Assembly: GCA_016287565.1 (NCBI GenBank)
Contig: JAEFAM010000019.1
Location: 1 to 39,224, forward strand
DNA from: Clostridia bacterium
Lineage (GTDB): Bacteria; Bacillota; Clostridia; UBA1212; UBA1255
Direction: 5' to 3'
DNA length: 39,224 nucleotides
Shown here piece by piece: positions 15,448 through 25,187 of the stretch. Made by a program: the position numbers and the translations under genes. The notes beneath the pieces are model-generated. The model was not told the origin of the DNA, searched no databases, and saw nothing but the letters and a program-made list of their open reading frames with translations. Position 1 is the stretch's first letter; the number at the start of each line of letters is the position of its first letter.

Positions 15448-16080
15448 TTACGTATCCGGGAGCTTTTCAGCCGTTTCGGACTGACCGGCCTCCGTTTCCG
15501 CCACAGGCTGTTCGTTAGCTGCCTCAGCCTCGGACCGGGCGCGGCGTTTACTCACGGCTCTGCGGATATAATAGATCACGATGGACGCGATGTTGAACGT
15601 CTCAACCAGTATGCCGGAAATGGAGAAAAGTATTATGTCGTAGGTCAGCCAGCAGGGAGAAACTCCCGCCAGCTGGGTTATGCGGATGATATTGGCGTTG
15701 CCGGTCCAGATGCCGCCCAGGCAGACGAAATTGCCCACCACCGGAAGCAGTTCGGCGATGTTGCCCGTGTAGGTGACGGCGGCCACTATGGCCATTGCCG
15801 CGGCGATCAGCGACATAGTCACGGGATTTTTCAATTTAGGATATCTGGAACTTGCCAGAACGATGACGCGGAAAATAAGCCCCAGCACGTTCTGGGCCAT
15901 TCCGGAATAGGCCGAAGCGTCTCCGCCCAGCCCCAGGAACAGGAAGTGGAGCACGAAGAAGACGCAGGAACCCACCTGTATTATGAACAGCTTTTTGTTG
16001 TCCTTGAACTGGAACGACAGCACGATCAGCGCCATCGCCACGAAGCCCAGTATTTGTCCGGTCAGAGTCAGGGGGTCCAT
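15448..16080 (-). CDS. Small polytopic membrane protein (YgjV-like) with an acidic C-terminal tail
   Basis: 210 aa and ~6 TM helices. The C-terminus is SEAEAANEQPVAETEAGQSETAEKLPDT. The family is assigned from topology and N-terminal pattern only. Confidence 0.45.
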   Translation of the reverse strand: MDPLTLTGQILGFVAMALIVLSFQFKDNKKLFIIQVGSCVFFVLHFLFLGLGGDASAYSGMAQNVLGLIFRVIVLASSRYPKLKNPVTMSLIAAAMAIVAAVTYTGNIAELLPVVGNFVCLGGIWTGNANIIRITQLAGVSPCWLTYDIILFSISGILVETFNIASIVIYYIRRAVSKRRARSEAEAANEQPVAETEAGQSETAEKLPDT

Positions 16081-16145
16081 ACAGTTGCCTTCAGTTTCAG
16101 TTTATGGTCTTAGGCGCACCGGCATGCGCCGCCGTCAATGCCGGT

Positions 16146-17840
16146 TCAGCCGTTTTCGTTGTCGTGATGCCTGATCTCCGCCCGGCGGATCTTGCCGCTG
16201 ATGGTCTTGGGCAGCTCGTCAACGAATTCCAGTATCCTGGGATATTTATACGGCGCAGTCACTTTTTTAACGTGGTTTTGAAGCTCCTTGCGCAGCTCGT
16301 CCGTAGGTTCGTAGCCCCGGTTCTTGACCAGCACAACGGTGGCCTTTACCACCTGGCCGCGCACCGGATCGGGAGCCGCCGTGATGGCGCATTCCAGCAC
16401 CGCGGGATGGGTCATAAGGGCGGATTCCACTTCGAAGGGTCCGATCCTGTAGCCGGAGCATTTTATAACGTCGTCAACTCTTCCGATGAACCAGATATAT
16501 CCGTCCTCGTCCATCCAGGCGTTGTCGCCGGTGTGGAAATCTCCGTTGCGCCACAGATTTTCGTTGGCCGCTTCGTCGCCCAGATATCCGGCGGTAAGCC
16601 CCACCGGAGGATGCTCTTTGGCGCCTCTGATGACTATCTCCCCTTCTTCGCCTATCTCGCACTCTTTTCCGTCTTCCCTGACCAGCGCGATGTTATAGAT
16701 CGCCGAGGGTTTACCGGTAGAGCCGGGCTTTGGAGTGATCCATTCGAAATTGGCCATCAGCACCGGCGTCTCGGTCTGTCCGAAGCCCTCGTACAGCTTG
16801 TGGCCCGTGAGCGCCTCCCACTGGTCGAACACCGCGGGATTGAGCGGCTCTCCTGCCATGCAGCAGTGATGGATGGAGGAAAGGTCGAACCTGGACACGT
16901 CTTCTTTTATCATGAAGCGGTACATGGTGGCGGGAGCGCAGAAGGTGGTTATGCGATATTTTTCGATGACGCCCAGGAGCTTTTCGGGCACGAACTTGTC
17001 CATGTCGTAGCCCAGCTGGGCGGTGCCGGAAAGCCAGCCGCCGTATATCTTGCCCCAGGAGAATTTGGCCCAGCCGGAATCGGAAACGGTAAGATGAAGG
17101 CCGTTGTCCTCTACCTGCTGCCAGTAGCGTGAAGTCAGTATGTGGCCCAGGGGGTAGGACTGCTTGTGGAGCACCATTTTAGGCATGCCGGTGGTGCCGG
17201 AGGTGAAATATATTATCATCTCGTCGCCGGCGGAGACGGCGTTTTCGCCGGATGGGCGGTCGAAAACGCTGGAGCAGCCCATAAAGCCCTTGTCGTAGTC
17301 CAGCCAGCCGTCGCGGATCCTCAGCGGGTCGGAAGCGGCCATTGCCCTGTATTTCAGGGTGGGACAGCGGTCAAGTGAATTTTCCACATGGGCGATTATA
17401 TTCTCGTCCTCCGCTATGACGATCATCTTCACCCCGGCGGAATTGATGCGGTAGATCAGGTCCTTCTCCGTCAACTGGAAAGACGCGGGTATCATGACGG
17501 CCCCCAGCTTGTGTAGCGCGGTGGCGGTCATCCAGTACTCCCAGCGGCGCTTCATTATGAGCATCACCCTGTCGCCCTTGCGGATGCCCAGGGAAACGAG
17601 ATAATTGCATATCCTGTTGGAATACGCCTTAACGTCGTCGAAAGTGAACAGCCTCTCCTCGCCGTGATCGTTGCACCATACCAGCGCCTTTTTACCCGGC
17701 TCCAGTTCGGCCCAGGCGTCCACCACGTCGTACCCGAAATTGAAATCCTCAGGAACGTTTATCGTAAAATTCTGCTTGAAGTCCTCGTAAGAATCGAATT
17801 CAAGCCGCGGACAAAACCGCTTCAGTAAAGCGTCTTTCAT
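16146..17840 (-). CDS. AMP-forming acyl-CoA synthetase (medium-chain/acetyl-CoA-synthetase-like ANL superfamily)
   Basis: 564 aa with YFTSGTTGMPK (the AMP-binding P-loop), GEPLN, YGQTE and the C-terminal SGKIRR signature. GGAG RBS. Confidence 0.85.
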   Translation of the reverse strand: MKDALLKRFCPRLEFDSYEDFKQNFTINVPEDFNFGYDVVDAWAELEPGKKALVWCNDHGEERLFTFDDVKAYSNRICNYLVSLGIRKGDRVMLIMKRRWEYWMTATALHKLGAVMIPASFQLTEKDLIYRINSAGVKMIVIAEDENIIAHVENSLDRCPTLKYRAMAASDPLRIRDGWLDYDKGFMGCSSVFDRPSGENAVSAGDEMIIYFTSGTTGMPKMVLHKQSYPLGHILTSRYWQQVEDNGLHLTVSDSGWAKFSWGKIYGGWLSGTAQLGYDMDKFVPEKLLGVIEKYRITTFCAPATMYRFMIKEDVSRFDLSSIHHCCMAGEPLNPAVFDQWEALTGHKLYEGFGQTETPVLMANFEWITPKPGSTGKPSAIYNIALVREDGKECEIGEEGEIVIRGAKEHPPVGLTAGYLGDEAANENLWRNGDFHTGDNAWMDEDGYIWFIGRVDDVIKCSGYRIGPFEVESALMTHPAVLECAITAAPDPVRGQVVKATVVLVKNRGYEPTDELRKELQNHVKKVTAPYKYPRILEFVDELPKTISGKIRRAEIRHHDNENG

Positions 17841-17877
17841 CTGAACATCTCCAACCGATGGCCCGACTCAAAATCTG

Positions 17878-18495
17878 TCAGGGCATTATGACCGTTAAAA
17901 ATCTGGCTGCCTTGCCTCCGGCCGCGCACTGGGCGTGAGGCACCGTGGGGTCGAAATAGAAGCAGTCACCCTCGTTCAGCAGGAATTTCCTGTTACCGAA
18001 CAGCACCGTTATCTGCCCTTCCAGCACGAAGTTGAACTCCTGGCCGGAGTGGGACACCATTTCGGGCGGCGCTGTCTCGGTCTCGGGGCCTACCGTAACT
18101 ATCATGGGCTCGATCCTGCGGCCGATGAATTTATATGCGATGCTCTCGAAATCGTACCCTTCGTACCTGTCGACGGCTATCCCCTCGCCTTTTCGCACGA
18201 TGGAGCAGTTGGCCAGCCTGGGCGCGGTGCCCGTGAGCAGTTCCGTCAGGTCCACCTTGAATATGGCGGCGATCTCGTACAGGAAGCTTACGGGGAAATC
18301 CTTTTCCCCGTCCTCATATCTGGCGTAATCCTCTTCGCTGAGGCCCAGAGCTCCGGCAAGTTCGGAGCGTTCCATATCGCTTATCTCGCGAAGTTCCCTG
18401 ATGCGGGAAGCAATGTCTTTGTTGACGCCGCCGTTAGCGCCTTCAGCCGCGACGCCGGATCCGGCCGTGTTTTCCGAAAAAGCCTTGTCTGTCAC
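17878..18495 (-). CDS. XRE-family HTH transcriptional regulator with a C-terminal cupin domain (PuuR-like architecture)
   Basis: 205 aa. It has the HTH IASRIRELREISDMERSELAGALGLSEEDYARYE and a C-terminal cupin beta-barrel (GQEFNFVLEGQITV). Its start overlaps the upstream gene stop by 4 nt. Confidence 0.8.
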   Translation of the reverse strand: MTDKAFSENTAGSGVAAEGANGGVNKDIASRIRELREISDMERSELAGALGLSEEDYARYEDGEKDFPVSFLYEIAAIFKVDLTELLTGTAPRLANCSIVRKGEGIAVDRYEGYDFESIAYKFIGRRIEPMIVTVGPETETAPPEMVSHSGQEFNFVLEGQITVLFGNRKFLLNEGDCFYFDPTVPHAQCAAGGKAARFLTVIMP

Positions 18496-19775
18496 GTTGT
18501 CCCCTCCTCCGGATATTTTATGATATCGCAGAAATCGAATGTGGAAAAATAGTCCGCCGGAGTTTCCGCCCGCCTTATCAGGACAGCGTCCTCAGCCTTT
18601 TTAGAAGGCGTCAGCAGCAGTTCGGCGCACTTAAGTTTTCCGTTGTAGTTGTACCCCATGGCGTACCCGTGGGCCCCGGCGTCGTGGATCGCCAGCAGGT
18701 CTCCGTTGTCGATCTTCGGAAGGCGGCGGTCGATGGCGAACTTGTCGTTGTTCTCGCACAATCCTCCCGTGACGTCGTATATATGATCGCATGGGCAATT
18801 TTCTTTTCCCAGCACCGTTATGTGGTGGTACGCTCCGTACATGGCCGGCCGCATCAGATTCGCGGCGCAGGCGTCAACTCCCACGTACTCCTTGTATATG
18901 TGCTTCTGGTGGATCGCCCTCGTCACCAGTATGCCGTGGGCACCGGTGATATATCTGCCCAGTTCCGCCTTGATAGCCAGGGACTTCAAGGGAGAAGGCA
19001 CGATTATCCTGTCGTACGCCTCTTTCACTTTTGCCCCGATGTATTCCAGGTCGGGCCCTTTTTCTTCCGGCTTGTAGGGTATGCCGATGCCTCCCGAAAG
19101 GTTCACGAAAGTGACCCGGGCTCCGGTGAGTTCATTGACCCTGACGGAGAGTTTGAACAGTATTTCGGAAAGTGCCGGATAGTAGTCCGGATCGATCATG
19201 TTGGAGGCCAGGAACGCGTGGATGCCGAAAGATTTGGCGCCCATTGCCTGAAGCTTTTTCACGGAATCGACGAGCTGCTCCTCGGTCATTCCATATTTAG
19301 CGTCTCCCGGATTGCCCATGATGGCGCCGCTTATGGAGAAATCGCCGCCGGGATTGTACCTCAGGCAGATCTCTTCGGGGATGCCTCCGTGGGCGGCAAG
19401 GAAATCCACCATTGTGGCGTCGTCCAGGTTGATCACCGCGCCCAGTTTCCTGGCGTACTCGAAATCTTCTCCCGGAGTCACGTTGGAGGAGAACATTATA
19501 TCGTCGCCGGAGAGGCCGATGCTGTCCGAGAGCACCAACTCGCAGTAGGACGAGCAGTCCATACCGCAGCCTTCTTCGTGTATGATCTTCATAAGGAAGG
19601 GGTTGGGACAGGCCTTCACCGCGAAATATTCCTTAAAACCTTCGTTCCAGGCAAAAGCTTTATTAAGGGCGCGTATGCCGTTCCGTATGCCCTGCTCGTC
19701 GTATACGTAAAAAGGTGTGGGATATTTTTTAGACAGTTCCTCTGCCGTTTTGAGATCGATAAAACACTTTTTCAT
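18492..19775 (-). CDS. PLP-dependent decarboxylase of the Orn/DAP/Arg decarboxylase family 2 (diaminopimelate decarboxylase-like)
   Basis: 427 aa with YVYDE...FAVKACPNP (PLP-binding Lys) and the C-terminal beta-barrel with AHGYAMGYNYN. This is the LysA-like fold-III PLP enzyme. Confidence 0.8.
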   Translation of the reverse strand: MKKCFIDLKTAEELSKKYPTPFYVYDEQGIRNGIRALNKAFAWNEGFKEYFAVKACPNPFLMKIIHEEGCGMDCSSYCELVLSDSIGLSGDDIMFSSNVTPGEDFEYARKLGAVINLDDATMVDFLAAHGGIPEEICLRYNPGGDFSISGAIMGNPGDAKYGMTEEQLVDSVKKLQAMGAKSFGIHAFLASNMIDPDYYPALSEILFKLSVRVNELTGARVTFVNLSGGIGIPYKPEEKGPDLEYIGAKVKEAYDRIIVPSPLKSLAIKAELGRYITGAHGILVTRAIHQKHIYKEYVGVDACAANLMRPAMYGAYHHITVLGKENCPCDHIYDVTGGLCENNDKFAIDRRLPKIDNGDLLAIHDAGAHGYAMGYNYNGKLKCAELLLTPSKKAEDAVLIRRAETPADYFSTFDFCDIIKYPEEGTT

Positions 19776-19865
19776 TCCGCGTCCCCTCGCTTCCGTGCTG
19801 CGTGCGGCATAAACGCTCTGCCGCGGGTACGGCTCCGGCAGCGGCCGCGAACCATACTCAGGGGG

Positions 19866-19895
19866 ATTTTACTACATACCCTTGGAACGCGTCAA
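19866..19895 (-). promoter_or_regulatory. Candidate promoter TTGACG-18-TAAAAT for the decarboxylase/regulator/acyl-CoA-ligase operon
   Basis: The minus strand reads TTGACGcgttccaagggtatgtagTAAAAT, ~90 nt upstream of the ATG at 19775. The leader is GC-rich with possible stem (CUGCCG...CGGCAG). Confidence 0.4.
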
Positions 19896-19928
19896 CTTTA
19901 TAATTCCGTCATTATTCTCCGGACGCCG

Positions 19929-20519
19929 TCAATCTTCTTCGAACGCCCTGTCTATGACCTCCCACAGTTCAGGTATGCCCTTCTTGTCCGTGGATGACAC
20001 CGGGAACAGTTTGCCGCCGTCCTCCTCCCCCAGGATCCGGCCGATCTCCCTGACCCGGCCCAGCACCTGCATGCGGGAGAGTTTGTCGCACTTGGTCAAT
20101 ACTATGGCATATTCCAGGCCGGAAGCCTTTATCCATTCGTACATCGTCAGATCGTCGCCGGACGGATCGTGCCTGGCATCCATCAGCAATATCACCATAT
20201 AAAGCTGGGGCCGCACGTTCAGATACTCTTCAATGACCTTTCCCCAGAGGGCTTTCTGATCCTTGGAAACGGCGGCGTAACCGTAGCCGGGAAGGTCCAC
20301 GAACGTTATCTCCCCGTCGATGTCGTAAAAGTTTATCTGCCTCGTCATCCCCTGGGTGCTCCCGCTGTAAGCCAGCTTTTTGCGGCCCGCGAGAGCGTTG
20401 ATGAGAGAGGATTTGCCTGCATTGGACCGGCCTGCGAAAGCCACTTCCAGCATATCGGATTCCGGATACTGGTCCGGTCTCACGGCGGATATTATGAATT
20501 TGGGATCTTTAACGGTCAT
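19929..20519 (-). CDS. engB: Ribosome biogenesis GTP-binding protein EngB/YsxC
   Basis: 196 aa with GRSNAGKSS (G1), DLPGYG (G3) and TKCDK (G4). Confidence 0.9.
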   Translation of the reverse strand: MTVKDPKFIISAVRPDQYPESDMLEVAFAGRSNAGKSSLINALAGRKKLAYSGSTQGMTRQINFYDIDGEITFVDLPGYGYAAVSKDQKALWGKVIEEYLNVRPQLYMVILLMDARHDPSGDDLTMYEWIKASGLEYAIVLTKCDKLSRMQVLGRVREIGRILGEEDGGKLFPVSSTDKKGIPELWEVIDRAFEED

Positions 20520-20557
20520 ATCGTGCTTCTCTCCGGTCCGCCGGTGCCGTCCGGCCT

Positions 20558-21307
20558 TCAGGCGTGATCTTTCAGATTTTTCAGGAAGGATCTTCTGTGT
20601 ATGGGCGACACGCCCAGGGCGTTGATAGCGTCGTAATGGGCCTTCGTGCCGTAGCCTTTATGTTTGGCAAAACCGTATCCGGGATAAACGGCGTCGTATT
20701 CGTTCATCATTCTGTCCCTGGTGACTTTCGCCATGATCGATGCGGAACCGATGGTCACGGACAAGGCGTCCCCGTGTGTTATCGACAGTTGATCGATAGC
20801 GAGACCCGGCACGTGCACGTGGTCCACCAATATAATCTCGGGCAATATATCGATTCCGGCCTTTTCTTTAGCGTCTGCGAGCGCGGCGTCGACGGCCCTG
20901 CGCATTGCCCTGTAGGTGGCGTTCAGGATGTTGACCTCGTCGATCTCGCTATTGTCCGCCAGACCCACTCCCCAGCCAAGGGCGCCGGCCTTTATATCGT
21001 CATACAGCTTCTCGCGCTGCTTTTCGGACAGTTTTTTGGAATCGTCTGCTCTGGGGAAAGGCCCTTCGCAGGCGAAAATGACGCACCCCGCGGCAACGGG
21101 TCCGGCCAGCGGGCCTCTCCCGGCTTCATCCAGCCCGGCAATGATCCTGACTCCCTTTCCCTGCAGTTCCCGCTCGTATTTAGTGATCTCGAAAAATCTC
21201 TCGTCGGTCAACCTGATCTCTCCCGTTGCCTTTATTCGCTCATCTCGTAAAGCCTTCCGGCAGGTCGAGGGAAATGCGTCCCAGCCTTCCGGCACGAAGA
21301 TCGTCAA
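20558..21307 (-). CDS. rnhB: Ribonuclease HII
   Basis: It carries IAGLDEAGRGPLAGPVAA... and DSKKLSEKQRE. The annotated ATG start would overlap rbgA by 68 nt. An in-frame TTG near 21219, just after the rbgA stop, is an alternative start. Confidence 0.85.
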   Translation of the reverse strand: MTIFVPEGWDAFPSTCRKALRDERIKATGEIRLTDERFFEITKYERELQGKGVRIIAGLDEAGRGPLAGPVAAGCVIFACEGPFPRADDSKKLSEKQREKLYDDIKAGALGWGVGLADNSEIDEVNILNATYRAMRRAVDAALADAKEKAGIDILPEIILVDHVHVPGLAIDQLSITHGDALSVTIGSASIMAKVTRDRMMNEYDAVYPGYGFAKHKGYGTKAHYDAINALGVSPIHRRSFLKNLKDHA

Positions 21308-22184
21308 GCACTTTCGCGGATGCCCTGTCCACGTCCGCCACCCCGCCTTTGCGGAGGCAGCCGTTCTTGAGGGCCACCTCTTCCAGCGCCCGAAAACCCA
21401 CCGTGCCCAGTCTGGACACCGTATTGTCCGCGGCTTCCTCTAAGACTGCGGCCTCGTCGATGCCGTATTTGTCAGCCAGCACGCCTTTGTAATTGTCCAG
21501 AAGATATAAAAGCAGGAAGGAAGCGATCTCGGAGCGGTCCGTTACGTCGTCCTTTATGGAACCGGCGCAGGAGAGCACGAAACCGGTGCGCTGGTCGTCG
21601 AATCTGGGCCACAGCAGGCCCGGCGTGTCCAGCAGCACTATCCTGTCGTCCACTCTCAGCCACTGCTCTCCCCTGGTGACGCCCGGGCGGTCTCCGGTAA
21701 CGGCTTTGTTCCTGCCAAGAAGCCTGTTTATGAAAGTGGATTTTCCCACGTTGGGGATGCCCACCACCATCGTCTTTATGGTGTACTGCTGCAGGCCTTT
21801 TTCGGCTTTGCGGCTGAGCTTTTCGGCCATCAGTTCGAACAGCGCTTCCCTCACCTGGGCGGTGCCTGCGCCGGAGCGGGAATCCACCGGTATCAGCCTG
21901 ATCCCTCTCTCCTTGAAAATGCGCACGTATTCGGCAGTGACCGCCGGATCGGCCAGATCCGATTTGTTGGCCGCCACCACTCTCGGCTTGTTCTTGAGCA
22001 GCTTGTCGATCTCGGGATTTTCGGAGGACAGGGGCGCCCTGGCGTCCAGCAGTTCCACCACCGCGTCTACCTTGGAAAGGTTCTCGGCCAGCAGCCGCCT
22101 GGCCTTGGCCATATGTCCGGGAAACCACTGTATGTTGGTCTTTGCCCCTTTATTCGCTTCCGTAGGATTTCTGTTTATGCCCAT
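21240..22184 (-). CDS. rbgA: Ribosome biogenesis GTPase A (RbgA/YlqF), circularly permuted GTPase
   Basis: NIQWFPGHMAKARR, then the G4-before-G1 order (ANKSDL ... GIPNVGKST ... DTPG). It sits immediately upstream of rnhB, as in Firmicutes. Confidence 0.85.
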   Translation of the reverse strand: MGINRNPTEANKGAKTNIQWFPGHMAKARRLLAENLSKVDAVVELLDARAPLSSENPEIDKLLKNKPRVVAANKSDLADPAVTAEYVRIFKERGIRLIPVDSRSGAGTAQVREALFELMAEKLSRKAEKGLQQYTIKTMVVGIPNVGKSTFINRLLGRNKAVTGDRPGVTRGEQWLRVDDRIVLLDTPGLLWPRFDDQRTGFVLSCAGSIKDDVTDRSEIASFLLLYLLDNYKGVLADKYGIDEAAVLEEAADNTVSRLGTVGFRALEEVALKNGCLRKGGVADVDRASAKVLDDLRAGRLGRISLDLPEGFTR

Positions 22185-22203
22185 ACGCTCACCGCCCGAA
22201 ATA

Positions 22204-23379
22204 TCAGGTAGTACCTTCCGTCTCAGGACCGGACGGCGGCTTTACCGGCAGCGGAGGCACGTAGGTGCCGTTTTTAAGCGCTTCGAAAACGTCGAGAGGC
22301 CCGTAATTGACCACAGGATTGCCGTCCAGGTAGACGGCCTCCAGTTTCGGCATCGTCAGAATGACGTTGATCACGGAAACGAAATTGTCCCTGACGTCCA
22401 GGAGCGTAAGCGACGGGTGGCTGATGAGCCCCTCCAGCCCGTATATGAAATTGGATTTTATTATCAAAGTTCTGAGCGACGACATCCTGCTCATATTAGG
22501 TATGATCCTGATGGCGTTGTAGGAGGCGTCGACGTATTCCAGCTTCGTGAGCGTGGTCAGCGGGGCAAGGGAACTCACCCTGCCGTTCTGCATATACAGC
22601 GTCTTGAGATTGACCATGCCGGACAACGCGGATATGTCGGTTATGCCGGCGGGATTGTTGTCCTTGTCGGAGTGGAAGCTGTTGGATATGTTCAGATATT
22701 CCAGGGACGTCAGGTCCTCCAGCCCGTTAAGGTCTTTCAGCCTGTTGGTCTGTATGTCCAGCCACCGGAGCATATTGAGGGAGCCCAGGGCGGACACGTC
22801 GGTTATGAGGTTGTTTGAGGCGTCCAGGTATTCCAGCAGCGGAAGTGATCCCAGGGGCGAAATGTCCAGCCCCTTCTCCCTGTCCCCGGTCATTACGGTG
22901 AAATTCTTGGCGATATTGAGCTTTTTGAGGTTGCGAAGGGCGGTGAGCGGCGTCAGGTCTCCTATGCGGTTGCCCATGAGATCCAGCTCTTCCAGAGAGG
23001 TAAAATAGACGATCTCTTTTATGTTGACGATGCCGCTTACTCTGGAGGTGAAGGACTTTATGTCTTTGAGGTCCGAAGGATATATGCTTCCCACCGTCCT
23101 GCCGATGGCTTCCCTGACGGCGTTCTCGAAATTGATGTCGGAAAAAGATATGGGAGCCTCTTCCTGGGGAGCGGCGGTGGGAACGGCCGTGGGCGCGGGG
23201 CCCGATTCTTCCGTGGGAGCGGCGGTTATGACAACGTCAATGGTCACGGGGGGCAGATCTTCTTCCGGCCGTATCCTGCACCCGGAAAGCAACAGCAGGG
23301 CGAGCCCGGTCAATACAGCCGGGATCAGCGCGCGCAGGATATTCGGTTCCGTTGCCGGTCTTGTTTTTCTGCCTTTCAT
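22204..23379 (-). CDS. Leucine-rich-repeat (internalin-like LRR) lipoprotein
   Basis: 391 aa. LALLLLSGC is a lipobox. There is an Ala/Pro/Thr linker, then >10 22-residue LRR units (LxxLxxLxLxxNxIxDxxxL), for example LEELDLMGNRIGDLTPL and LEYLDASNNLITDVSAL. Confidence 0.7.
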   Translation of the reverse strand: MKGRKTRPATEPNILRALIPAVLTGLALLLLSGCRIRPEEDLPPVTIDVVITAAPTEESGPAPTAVPTAAPQEEAPISFSDINFENAVREAIGRTVGSIYPSDLKDIKSFTSRVSGIVNIKEIVYFTSLEELDLMGNRIGDLTPLTALRNLKKLNIAKNFTVMTGDREKGLDISPLGSLPLLEYLDASNNLITDVSALGSLNMLRWLDIQTNRLKDLNGLEDLTSLEYLNISNSFHSDKDNNPAGITDISALSGMVNLKTLYMQNGRVSSLAPLTTLTKLEYVDASYNAIRIIPNMSRMSSLRTLIIKSNFIYGLEGLISHPSLTLLDVRDNFVSVINVILTMPKLEAVYLDGNPVVNYGPLDVFEALKNGTYVPPLPVKPPSGPETEGTT

Positions 23380-23411
23380 TTCTTAAATATCGATCAATGA
23401 TCTAACGACAA

Positions 23412-25178
23412 TCATGCCACCGGAGCGGCGCTGACCTTCCCGTATTCTCCCAGAGCCCTGTCCCGGCCCTCTTCCCAGTAATGCATCACGCCGCCGGAAA
23501 CGTATATGATCTTTTCCAGCCGCCCGTCGAAGAACAGCGGGAATTCCGCGTCAGAGGAGATCCTGGTATAGTAGTCTCCGTCAGCCAGGTCCACCGAAAT
23601 GGCGCCGTATCCGTGAGACCTGAGGAGAAGGTACTTTTCGTCGTCAGAGCCATAGAGCCTGGCCTCGTCGGAAGCTCCGAACTGCTGTATGCTGTTGGTG
23701 GAATGCACCAGCACGGCCTTGTCCGAATCAGGAAGCGTGAATACCACGAAAGGTTTGTTGGGGTATTTGTACAGGGTGGCGGAGCTTTCGGACACCAGCG
23801 AGGGGCCCTTGGACGGATTGTATACGTTCAGTCTGTAAAGCGCCCCTTCCTGATCCTGGAAGTACAGATAGTCCGAATCGGGATCGTACAGGAAGCTCTT
23901 ACGGACCGCGTCGAAGGTGATGATCTCTTCGGCCTTTCCCTTGTTGTTGACACGGTAGACCCGCTCCGACTCCCCTTCTTTCACGCTGTAGATCAGCAGT
24001 TTGTGATCCGTTGCCGCGTATATGACCCGGTATATGTTCCCGGCCACGACGGAGGACGTCTTGCCGTTGAAATACAGCAGGGACACGGAATTGTCCGCAC
24101 GGTCCGACGCGCCGTTCTCGGAAGCAGCGGAGATCTGCGGCTCCGAATACAGGAAAGTGACGGGAGCGTTGCCGTCGAACACCTTTATATCCGTTACGTT
24201 TTCGTACATGGACACGGATTTGGTGGCAGGTACCGGCACTCCTCCGGCGACGCGGTCAAGCACGCTCCCCCTGGCGTTCATGATGAGCAGGTCGGAACCT
24301 TCCCGGCAATAATAATATTTGTCTCCCGAGGACACGCCGGGCCGGTGGTACATCGACACGCCCCCGGCCAGCGACTTCACTCCTCCGTCGACCGTATATC
24401 TGCACAGTTCCGCGATCCCGGCCGCAGCGTCGCAATCCCTCAGGAACACCACGCAGGACTGTCCTACGGTGTATAAGATCTCGGGGGCGCCTTCCTCGGC
24501 GGAAGCCAGCTCCGTCACTTTTTTTCCGCTGGAGCAGACCAGGGAGCCTTTGCCGGTCATATAAACGATGAGTGACCCGTCGCCGGAAAGTGAATATTCT
24601 TTTACGTCGGAAGCCACCAGCCTGCGCCTGCCTCCGCTTATGTCATATTCGAACAGTTCTTTTTCCCTGAGGTACATTACCGTGCCGCTGCCCGCCACGT
24701 GCACCGCCTCTTCCACGCTGTCGTCGATCTCGTCGGGCGCAGCGTCGCCGCTTTTGAGCACGTAAAGGTTGCTGCGCTCGTCCGTAAAGACGAAGGGAAA
24801 CATAAAGCTGCGGGCAATGCCGTTGTCCGTGCCGTTTCCGGCGTTGGGATTCTTTTTGGGTAGCAGCATAAGGACGCAGACCACCACCGCGGCAACGAAT
24901 ATCATGATCCCGAAGAAAAGGATATAGCTGCGCACGTCCCGCTTGACCGTCAATTTCTTGCCGGACTTCCTGTTATCCTCTCCCGCCGTGGCGGACGTTT
25001 CGGCAAAAGCGGGCGCTTCCGCCGGGGCATTAGCTTCCGTCAATGCAGTGGTCTCCGTCAATGCGGGCGCGGTCGCCTGAGCGGCTTCGATCACGGGCTT
25101 TTCGGCGCTTTCCGAAAGCAGCTCCGCCGTTCCCGCCACCGGTTCGATATCTTTTTCAAGGACGTTCGGGTCTTCCAT
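23412..25178 (-). CDS. Type-II membrane-anchored protein of unknown function, with a cytoplasmic Ala/Thr/Glu-rich N-terminus, one TM helix and a ~480-aa beta-rich ectodomain
   Basis: 588 aa. The TM segment is ILFFGIMIFVAAVVVCVLMLL. The ectodomain has repeated ...LY/YVL.../...DG... beta-strand motifs suggestive of a beta-propeller. I recognise no family. Confidence 0.45.
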   Translation of the reverse strand: MEDPNVLEKDIEPVAGTAELLSESAEKPVIEAAQATAPALTETTALTEANAPAEAPAFAETSATAGEDNRKSGKKLTVKRDVRSYILFFGIMIFVAAVVVCVLMLLPKKNPNAGNGTDNGIARSFMFPFVFTDERSNLYVLKSGDAAPDEIDDSVEEAVHVAGSGTVMYLREKELFEYDISGGRRRLVASDVKEYSLSGDGSLIVYMTGKGSLVCSSGKKVTELASAEEGAPEILYTVGQSCVVFLRDCDAAAGIAELCRYTVDGGVKSLAGGVSMYHRPGVSSGDKYYYCREGSDLLIMNARGSVLDRVAGGVPVPATKSVSMYENVTDIKVFDGNAPVTFLYSEPQISAASENGASDRADNSVSLLYFNGKTSSVVAGNIYRVIYAATDHKLLIYSVKEGESERVYRVNNKGKAEEIITFDAVRKSFLYDPDSDYLYFQDQEGALYRLNVYNPSKGPSLVSESSATLYKYPNKPFVVFTLPDSDKAVLVHSTNSIQQFGASDEARLYGSDDEKYLLLRSHGYGAISVDLADGDYYTRISSDAEFPLFFDGRLEKIIYVSGGVMHYWEEGRDRALGEYGKVSAAPVA

Positions 25179-25187
25179 CGTCTGTTC

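Noticed and set aside
19776-19865. The GC-rich structured leader upstream of the decarboxylase gene, as a lysine riboswitch or T-box
   Set aside because: At ~85 nt it is too short for either class, and no conserved L-box or T-box sequence features are visible. It is noted only as a possible small regulatory hairpin.
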